From Pseudomonadales bacterium (lineage in GTDB: Bacteria > Pseudomonadota > Gammaproteobacteria > Pseudomonadales > Azotimanducaceae), in contig CBDATE010000010.1 in NCBI GenBank assembly GCA_965199815.1, forward strand, positions 26,384 through 90,383: a stretch of 64,000 bases of DNA, in the 5' to 3' direction. The notes under the pieces were generated by a model. That model saw nothing but the letters and a program-made list of their open reading frames with translations, was not told the origin of the DNA and ran no database searches. The position numbers were made by a program, and so were the translations under genes. Positions within the stretch are counted from its first letter, which is position 1; every line of letters starts with the position of its first letter. Positions 58,102 through 64,000 of the stretch are shown here, piece by piece.

Positions 58102-59247
58102 GTGCCGAATCCCATCTATCTCGACTATGCATCCACGACACCCGTAGATCCGCGGGTGGCGGACAAGATGGCGGCATGCCTCGGCCGTGAAGGCAACTTC
58201 GGCAACCCGGCCTCGCGCACGCACAGCCTTGGCTGGCAGGCCAGTGAAATCGTCGAGGAGGCGCGTTCCGATCTTGCCACGCTGATTGGTGCCGACCCGC
58301 GCGACATCATCTGGACATCCGGTGCCACCGAATCCGACAATCTGGCCATCAAGGGCGTGGTGGAAGCTTCGCAAGCGCCCGCAGGCCACATCGTTACCAG
58401 CCGCATCGAGCACAAGGCGGTCGTGGACACCTGCAAGCACCTCGAATCGCTCGGACACAGGGTCACCTGGCTCGCGCCCGACCACGACGGCCTGATTACC
58501 CCCGCCATGGTCGAGCAGGCGATGGCCGACGACACCTTGCTGGTGTCCATCATGTACGCCAACAACGAAATCGGCACGGTCAACGACATCCCCGGCATCG
58601 CGCAGCTGTGCCGCGCCCGTCAGGTACCGCTGCATGTCGATGCGGCGCAAATGGTCGGCAAGCTGCCGATTGACCTCGGCAGCGTCCCCATCGATCTGAT
58701 GAGCATATCCGGCCACAAGTTCTACGCCCCCAAGGGGATAGGCGCGCTCTATGTGCGCCGCGGCGCGGTGCGCCTGAGCGCGCAGATTCACGGTGGCGGC
58801 CATGAATTTGGCATGCGCTCGGGCACATTGGCCACGCATCAGATACTCGGCATCGGCGAGGCGGCGCGCATTGCACACTCCGAGGTATCGCAAGAAGCCT
58901 GGCATCTCACCCACTTGCGCGAGGTCTTTCTCGAACGCATGGCGGCGCTCGAAGGCGCGCACCTCAATGGCAGCAGGACGCACCGGCTGCCGGGTCTGGT
59001 CAACCTGTCCTTTGAAGGCGTGGACGGCGAAACCCTGATCAACGCCCTGCCGGGTATCGCCGTCTCCAATGGCTCGGCATGCACCTCGGCGAGCGTCGAG
59101 CCTTCCTATGTGCTCTCCGAACTCGGCTTGCCGCGCAATCTGGCGTTCGGGTCGGTGAGATTCAGCTTCGGGCGCTTTACCCGCGAGGAAGATCTCGTCA
59201 TGGCGGCCGAGGAAGTAATACGCGTGGTGAGAGCACTGCGCGCATGA
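58102..59247 (+). CDS. Cysteine desulfurase (IscS/NifS family, short C-terminus)
   Basis: The start is a GTG. The sequence is [16 protein letters not shown]...[12 protein letters not shown]...[13 protein letters not shown]...[17 protein letters not shown] (PLP Lys)...[10 protein letters not shown] (active-site Cys). It is 381 aa long. Confidence 0.85.
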   Translation: MPNPIYLDYASTTPVDPRVADKMAACLGREGNFGNPASRTHSLGWQASEIVEEARSDLATLIGADPRDIIWTSGATESDNLAIKGVVEASQAPAGHIVTSRIEHKAVVDTCKHLESLGHRVTWLAPDHDGLITPAMVEQAMADDTLLVSIMYANNEIGTVNDIPGIAQLCRARQVPLHVDAAQMVGKLPIDLGSVPIDLMSISGHKFYAPKGIGALYVRRGAVRLSAQIHGGGHEFGMRSGTLATHQILGIGEAARIAHSEVSQEAWHLTHLREVFLERMAALEGAHLNGSRTHRLPGLVNLSFEGVDGETLINALPGIAVSNGSACTSASVEPSYVLSELGLPRNLAFGSVRFSFGRFTREEDLVMAAEEVIRVVRALRA

Positions 59248-59324
59248 GCCCAGCTTGCGGGTATCGGGCGCTACAGAATTTCGTGCGCCGTTTTGCGAAG
59301 CGCAACGCCTCGCGAAGCGCAAAA

Positions 59325-59351
59325 TTGGCGACCGCGCTTCCCGCTTATAAT
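59325..59351 (+). promoter_or_regulatory. Possible sigma70-type promoter for ndk
   Basis: TTGGCG (59325-59330), a 15-nt spacer, then a perfect TATAAT (59346-59351). It lies 48 nt upstream of the ndk GTG, which is preceded by AGGAGG. The short spacer and weak -35 keep this tentative. Confidence 0.3.
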
Positions 59352-59398
59352 GTGCGACTGATCAAAACCGCTACGTCTGGCCAGGAGGATGCTTCACA

Positions 59399-59824
59399 GT
59401 GTCGATACAACGAACCCTTTGTATTATCAAGCCGGATGCTGTCGCGCGTAATCTGATCGGAGAAATCATTGCGCGCATTGAACAGGCGGGATTCACGCTC
59501 ATCGCTGCGCGCATGGAACGACTCGACGCTGAGCGTGCCGGCGGGTTTTACGCCGAACACCGCGACAAGCCGTTCTTTGCCGGATTAATCGAATTCATGA
59601 CCTCCGGTCCTGTCGTACCCATGGTGCTCGAGCGCGACAACGCCATTTCCGAGCTGCGCGAGCTCATGGGTGCCACGAACCCGCAGGATGCCGCGCCCGG
59701 CACCCTGCGCGCCGACTATGCACAATCCATCGACATGAACAGTGTGCATGGCTCTGACTCACCGGCATCGGCAGAGCGCGAAATCGCCTGCTTCTTCGAG
59801 CCGAATCACATGCACATGAGATGA
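59399..59824 (+). CDS. ndk: Nucleoside diphosphate kinase
   Basis: [11 protein letters not shown]...[12 protein letters not shown]...MTSGPVV...GTLRADYA...NSVHGSDS. Confidence 0.95.
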   Translation: MSIQRTLCIIKPDAVARNLIGEIIARIEQAGFTLIAARMERLDAERAGGFYAEHRDKPFFAGLIEFMTSGPVVPMVLERDNAISELRELMGATNPQDAAPGTLRADYAQSIDMNSVHGSDSPASAEREIACFFEPNHMHMR

Positions 59825-60954
59825 CACACGCTCCCGTTCATCTGTTCGATATGAACCGACCGGCTCTCGGACAATTTCTCGAGGGCCTGGATGTCGCCCC
59901 TTGGCGCGCGTCGCAGATACTCAAGTGGCTCTATCATCAGCGCGAGCTCAATCCGGAGGGCATGTCGAATCTGGCCAAGCCACTGCGCGCCAGAATCGCC
60001 GCCCTGACGCGATGCGAGCTTCCCGAAATCATCGAAGAACGGGTGGCGGCGGACGGTGTGCGCAAGTTCCTGATGCGCCCCATGGATCTTGCCAGAGACC
60101 AGGCAATCGAGACGGTGCTCATCCCCGATGGCAAGCGTAATACCCTGTGTGTGTCCTCGCAGGTCGGGTGCGCTCTGGGGTGTGTCTTTTGCGCGACCGG
60201 AATGCAAGGCTTTTCCGCCAACCTGAGTACCGCTGACATCATCGGCCAGGTGTGGCTGGTGGCCGGAAGACTGCGCGAACTCGGAGACCCCCGAGGCATT
60301 ACCAACGTCGTCTTCATGGGCATGGGCGAACCCCTGCTCAACTTCGAGGCGGTGATGCGCGCTGTGGATATCATGATCGACGACTGCGGCTTCGGGCTGG
60401 CCAACCATCGCGTGACCGTCAGCACCGCCGGTGTGGTGCCGGGCATCAATGCCATGGTCGGTCGCACCTCCGCGTCTCTCGCCATCTCGCTGCACGCCGC
60501 TGACGACGCACTGCGCTCGCAACTGGTGCCGATCAATCGCAAGTACCGCCTGCCGACCCTCCTGTCGAGCGCCAGGGCGTACCTCGATTCGTTGGGTCGG
60601 CGCAGGCGATTGACCATGGAATACACGCTGCTTCGAGATGTCAACGATGCGCCTGCACAGGCCCGGGCGCTCGTCCGGCTGCTCGCGGATGTGCGCTGCA
60701 ATGTCAACCTGCTGCCGTTCAATCCGGTGCCCGGTTCCGGTTTTGAACGCCCGAGCGAGCGCACGGTGCGCGCATTTCAGCGTGTGCTGCTCGATGCCGG
60801 GTGCTCATCCATCGTGCGCCGAACCCGAGGCGACGAGATCAACGCAGCTTGTGGCCAGTTGGTGGGCGGGCTGAGGCCGAACAGGCAGGCGTTGCGCCGC
60901 TTTGCGCGCGAATCCGCGCCGGAACCACTAGACCTGCTGGCGAGCACCGTCTGA
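59821..60954 (+). CDS. rlmN: 23S rRNA/tRNA (adenine-C2)-methyltransferase, radical SAM
   Basis: [19 protein letters not shown] (CxxxCxxC), [18 protein letters not shown]. It overlaps the ndk stop. Confidence 0.9.
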   Translation: MTHAPVHLFDMNRPALGQFLEGLDVAPWRASQILKWLYHQRELNPEGMSNLAKPLRARIAALTRCELPEIIEERVAADGVRKFLMRPMDLARDQAIETVLIPDGKRNTLCVSSQVGCALGCVFCATGMQGFSANLSTADIIGQVWLVAGRLRELGDPRGITNVVFMGMGEPLLNFEAVMRAVDIMIDDCGFGLANHRVTVSTAGVVPGINAMVGRTSASLAISLHAADDALRSQLVPINRKYRLPTLLSSARAYLDSLGRRRRLTMEYTLLRDVNDAPAQARALVRLLADVRCNVNLLPFNPVPGSGFERPSERTVRAFQRVLLDAGCSSIVRRTRGDEINAACGQLVGGLRPNRQALRRFARESAPEPLDLLASTV

Positions 60955-61415
60955 TGGAGCAAGCGGATTCGGCCAGGCACGATGCAGCTCAGGCACCCGA
61001 GAAGAGTGCCATCGAGGTAGCAGCCGAGGCGTTTCGTGCGGCCAGAATCGAGGCCGGGCTGACTGAGGATCAGGTAGCCGATGCACTCAAAATCACGCGC
61101 AAGCGGGTCATGTGTATCGAGCGAGGCGATCTGGGGGATCTGCCGCCGTATATCTACGTCAAGGGATATATCCGCGAGTATGAACGCATACTGGGGCTGG
61201 AACCCGGAAGCATCGGACAGCTGTTTGTGTGCGCCCTGAAAGAATATGCACACACCATCAAGAAGCCGACGCCGACTATCGGGCAAAGCTACGCATCGTT
61301 CGGTCAGCGCGTTTCCATGTTCCTGCACACACATCCTGGCCGCGTGTTGACCGGCATCCTGCTCATCGCTCTGGCCGGCATCGGAAGCATCGCCTGGTGG
61401 CTGTTCGCCACCTGA
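60954..61415 (+). CDS. HTH (XRE-like) + single TM protein, RodZ N-terminal-like
   Basis: GLTEDQVADALKITRKRVMCIERGDLGDLPPYIYVKGYIREY resembles the RodZ HTH region. It has a C-terminal TM helix (VLTGILLIALAGIGSIAWWLF). At 153 aa it is much shorter than E. coli RodZ. Its start overlaps the rlmN stop (TGATG). Confidence 0.55.
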   Translation: MEQADSARHDAAQAPEKSAIEVAAEAFRAARIEAGLTEDQVADALKITRKRVMCIERGDLGDLPPYIYVKGYIREYERILGLEPGSIGQLFVCALKEYAHTIKKPTPTIGQSYASFGQRVSMFLHTHPGRVLTGILLIALAGIGSIAWWLFAT

Positions 61416-61434
61416 CGCACAGCACATTCATCTC

Positions 61435-62754
61435 GTGGCGCAGTTTCAATCCATTCGCGGTATGCGTGACCTCCTGCCGGATGAGTGTGACATCTGGATG
61501 CGCGTCGAGCAGGCCGTACAGGCATCGGTGCGCGCCTTCGGATATCGCGAGATTCGGCTGCCTCTGGTGGAGACGACAGCCCTGTTCGAGCGCAGTGTGG
61601 GCGATGCCACCGACATTGTCGAAAAGGAGATGTACAGCTTCGAGAGTCGCGATGGCGAATCCTTGACGCTGCGCCCGGAAGGCACCGCGGGCTGCGTACG
61701 CGCGGCGCTGCAACACGGGCTGGCTTTCAACCGCATTTCGCGACTCTGGTATCGCGGCCCCATGTTTCGCTACGAGCGGCCACAGAAGGGCCGCTATCGC
61801 CAGTTCGAGCAGATTGGCGTGGAGGCTTTCGGTATGGCAACACCGGCGCTTGATGTGGAACTGATCGAGATGAACCGCAGTTATCTGCAAGCACTCGGGT
61901 TGGCTCGCCAGGTCAGGTTGCGAGTCAATTCACTGGGTACGCCCGCCTCGCGTATGCATTATCTGGAGAAGCTCGGAACCTACTTCGAGTCGCGCATTGA
62001 CGAACTCGATGCCGACAGTGTGCGTCGCCTGGAGCGTAATCCGCTACGCATTCTCGATAGCAAGCACACCGCGACGCGCGCTGTAGTTCGCGAGGCGCCG
62101 CGTATTGCCGACAGTCTGGATGCTGCCTCGAAGCGGCACTTCGAGACAGTGCTCGATTTGTTGACCGCCTCGTCAATCGAGTATCAGGTCGATCACGAGC
62201 TGGTGCGCGGACTGGACTATTACACACATACCATCTTCGAGTTCGAGACCGACAGGCTCGGTGCCCAGGGTGCTGTCTCTGGCGGTGGCCGATATGATGG
62301 GCTGGTGCAGGCTCTGGGTGGGCGACCTGCACCCGGTGCGGGGTTTGCCATAGGCATGGACAGACTGGTGCTGCTGTATCGCGAAGTTCATGGCGAGCAA
62401 TCTGCATCGCGCCCCGGCATCATTTACTGTGCGAGCGTGGATCCGGAGAGCATCGCGTATCTCATGGGCTGCGCCAACCGGCTACGCCAACACCTGCCCG
62501 ATTATCAGGTGATTTTCGATGCCGCTGGCGGCAAACTGGCCACTCAGCTGCGCCGTGCCGACCGGGAAGGCGCGGCCTGGGCGGTGATTGCCGGTGAGAC
62601 GGAGCGTGACAGTTCCACCCTGACGCTCAAGCCCATGAACACGGTAGGCGAACAGCAACGCCTGTCGTATGATGCGCTTGTAGCTCACCTGCGTGAATCC
62701 ACATCCAGCGAGCTTGCGGCTGTCGGCAACTCGACCGTTTATCAACACACTTGA
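61435..62754 (+). CDS. hisS: Histidine--tRNA ligase
   Basis: The start is a GTG. The sequence is FQSIRGMRDLLP...LWYRGPMFRYERPQKGRYRQFEQIGVE...GGGRYDGL. Confidence 0.95.
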   Translation: MAQFQSIRGMRDLLPDECDIWMRVEQAVQASVRAFGYREIRLPLVETTALFERSVGDATDIVEKEMYSFESRDGESLTLRPEGTAGCVRAALQHGLAFNRISRLWYRGPMFRYERPQKGRYRQFEQIGVEAFGMATPALDVELIEMNRSYLQALGLARQVRLRVNSLGTPASRMHYLEKLGTYFESRIDELDADSVRRLERNPLRILDSKHTATRAVVREAPRIADSLDAASKRHFETVLDLLTASSIEYQVDHELVRGLDYYTHTIFEFETDRLGAQGAVSGGGRYDGLVQALGGRPAPGAGFAIGMDRLVLLYREVHGEQSASRPGIIYCASVDPESIAYLMGCANRLRQHLPDYQVIFDAAGGKLATQLRRADREGAAWAVIAGETERDSSTLTLKPMNTVGEQQRLSYDALVAHLRESTSSELAAVGNSTVYQHT

Positions 62755-62768
62755 ACCGCGTATTGGCC

Positions 62769-63695
62769 ATGGTAGATCTGTTGGAAGAAGATGAAGTCGT
62801 TGATCGAATACGCGAGTGGTGGCGCAAGAACGGCCTCTCACTGGCGGGTGGACTGATCCTGATCGTCGCGGGCTGGTCCGGTTGGAACTGGTATGACGCG
62901 CGTACCGAAGAACACGCTCAGGCAGCGTTCGATCAGTTTTCGCAATATGTCGAGCTGCGTACGGCGGGAGAGGCGGACGGTGAAGAGGCTCTGGAGATTC
63001 TTGCGCTGCTTGACGGGCAGTATCAGGGCTCCGGGGCGCAGCTCCTGAGCCTCTTGTATCGCGCTGGTGATGCGGTGGCGGAGGGCGAACTCGCACAGGC
63101 GGTGGGATACCTTGAAGATGTACTGGAGGCAGCGCCGGGTGGACAGGTGGAGACGCTTGCCGCGCTGCGCCTGGCACGTATCCATATTGCACAAGATGCG
63201 CTTGACGAGGCGCAAGCGCTGCTTGACAGCACTGACGGGGCGGGGTTCCTGGCCATGAAGCAGGAGCTGCAGGGCGACCTGCATGCATCGAGGGAGGATT
63301 GGGACAGCGCGCGCGCCGCTTACCAGGCCGCCCTCGAATCCGAGGAAGCGGCTGAACTGCAGGACACCTGGCCGTTCCTGTCCATGAAAATCCACGCTGT
63401 TCAATCCGCGGATGACGATCCATTGATGGTTGCGGTTGCTGAAGGCGAGGATGAAGACGTATTGGGGAGCGTCGCAGATGCCGACGAGGTCGGTGCTCCG
63501 GTTACCTTCGAGGTGTCGAGAGATGAACAGGGGGAGATGGTGTTCACACCGACCGGGGATCAGGAGGGGTCTGATACGCCGAATGTCACTCTCTCCGGAG
63601 TGGAGGATTCGGATGCCTCCGAGCAGGCGGATGTTGGCGACCAGGCGCAAGCCGACGAGCAAGCCGACGCTGATGACCAGGAAGAGGAAGCGTGA
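62769..63695 (+). CDS. YfgM-like membrane-anchored TPR protein with a long acidic C-terminal tail
   Basis: The N-terminus EEDEVVDRIREWWRKNGLSLAGGLILIVAGWSGWNWY matches the YfgM/UPF0070 pattern. Its position between hisS and bamB supports the call. The last ~90 aa are D/E-rich. Confidence 0.65.
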   Translation: MVDLLEEDEVVDRIREWWRKNGLSLAGGLILIVAGWSGWNWYDARTEEHAQAAFDQFSQYVELRTAGEADGEEALEILALLDGQYQGSGAQLLSLLYRAGDAVAEGELAQAVGYLEDVLEAAPGGQVETLAALRLARIHIAQDALDEAQALLDSTDGAGFLAMKQELQGDLHASREDWDSARAAYQAALESEEAAELQDTWPFLSMKIHAVQSADDDPLMVAVAEGEDEDVLGSVADADEVGAPVTFEVSRDEQGEMVFTPTGDQEGSDTPNVTLSGVEDSDASEQADVGDQAQADEQADADDQEEEA

Positions 63696-63697
63696 AC

Positions 63698-64000
63698 ATG
63701 ATGCGATTATCGATGCACACCAGACACACCCGATACCGGGGGCACGGGCAGCTTGCGTCCAGAGTACTGCGCCTGTGCGCCTGTGCATTATTGCTCGGCC
63801 TGCTCTCCGGGTGTGCGACGCTTGGCAAGCTCGAGTTCTGGGGCAACGGTGATGATGATGTCGAAGCTCCCATGCCCTTGCCCGAGATCGAGAGCGAGGT
63901 TTCGATCAAACGCGCCTGGAGCGCGAGCGTCGGCAAGGGACTCGGCAAGAAGTATGCGCGCATCACACCGGCGCTACTGGCTGACCTGATCATCGCCGCG
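63698..64000 (+). CDS. bamB: Outer membrane protein assembly factor BamB (5' part; continues beyond the window)
   Basis: From my own translation; it is not in the ORF track because it is open-ended. The sequence is MMRLSMHTRHTRYRGHGQLASRVLRLCACALLLGLLSGC (lipobox)...PLPEIESEVSIKRAWSASVGKGLGKKYARITPAL. Synteny downstream of yfgM supports the call. Confidence 0.7.
   Translation, partial: MMRLSMHTRHTRYRGHGQLASRVLRLCACALLLGLLSGCATLGKLEFWGNGDDDVEAPMPLPEIESEVSIKRAWSASVGKGLGKKYARITPALLADLIIAA

Noticed and set aside
58042-59322. 426-aa minus-strand ORF
   Set aside because: It is antisense to the cysteine desulfurase gene, which has PLP-Lys and active-site Cys motifs. It is a shadow ORF.
62482-63788. 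313-aa and 316-aa minus-strand ORFs
   Set aside because: They are antisense to hisS and the yfgM-like gene. They are shadow ORFs.
1-64000. tRNA, rRNA or tmRNA genes, intact integrase/recombinase, prophage structural genes, cas genes
   Set aside because: I did not recognise any when reading the intergenic regions and the ORF translations. The only transposase-like sequence is the decayed relic at 28.4-29.4 kb. A tRNAscan/Infernal run would be needed to exclude small RNAs formally.

Overview
This is a high-GC (roughly 60-65% by eye) proteobacterial chromosome segment, most likely gammaproteobacterial. The right end carries the conserved string ndk, rlmN, rodZ-like, hisS, yfgM-like, bamB. Other backbone genes are dapD-dapE, an orphan T2SS gspN/C/D trio, tusA, a membrane H+-pyrophosphatase, a fused hydantoinase/oxoprolinase, a GST, a MATE/DinF pump, a family III CoA-transferase and an acyl-CoA synthetase.

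Three accessory or defence patches interrupt this backbone:
- 1-5.9 kb: an ABC-like ATPase + DUF262 pair, a perfectly phased 10 x 71-bp tandem array nested inside a REP-like palindromic element, a J-domain membrane protein + VWA pair, and a frameshifted mrr.
- 28.3-34.9 kb: a decayed IS transposase, Type III mod-res, and a ~199-bp duplication of the 3' end of the oxoprolinase gene bracketing a low-GC gene fragment.
- 44.9-58.0 kb: a Type I R-M operon. It comprises hsdM with a 25-nt homopolymer tract, Fic, HepT-MNT with MNT fused in frame to a decayed hsdS, low-GC cargo genes carrying one frameshift and one in-frame stop, and hsdR.

The most unusual content is a 13.4-kb, 12-gene co-directional envelope cluster (12.8-26.2 kb). 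It is built around a MotA/ExbB/TolQ-like channel with no canonical ExbD/TolR/MotB partner. Instead it has two paralogous proteins with an ExbD-like TM helix, a coiled coil and a VWA domain. It also encodes a degenerate Hsp70/actin-fold protein, a PEGA-FGE protein, TPR proteins, a TonB_C-domain protein and several lipoproteins.

I recognised no tRNA, rRNA, CRISPR array or intact integrase/transposase. All domain calls come from motif recognition by eye and no database search was run. Several of the apparent pseudogene lesions could be sequencing errors.
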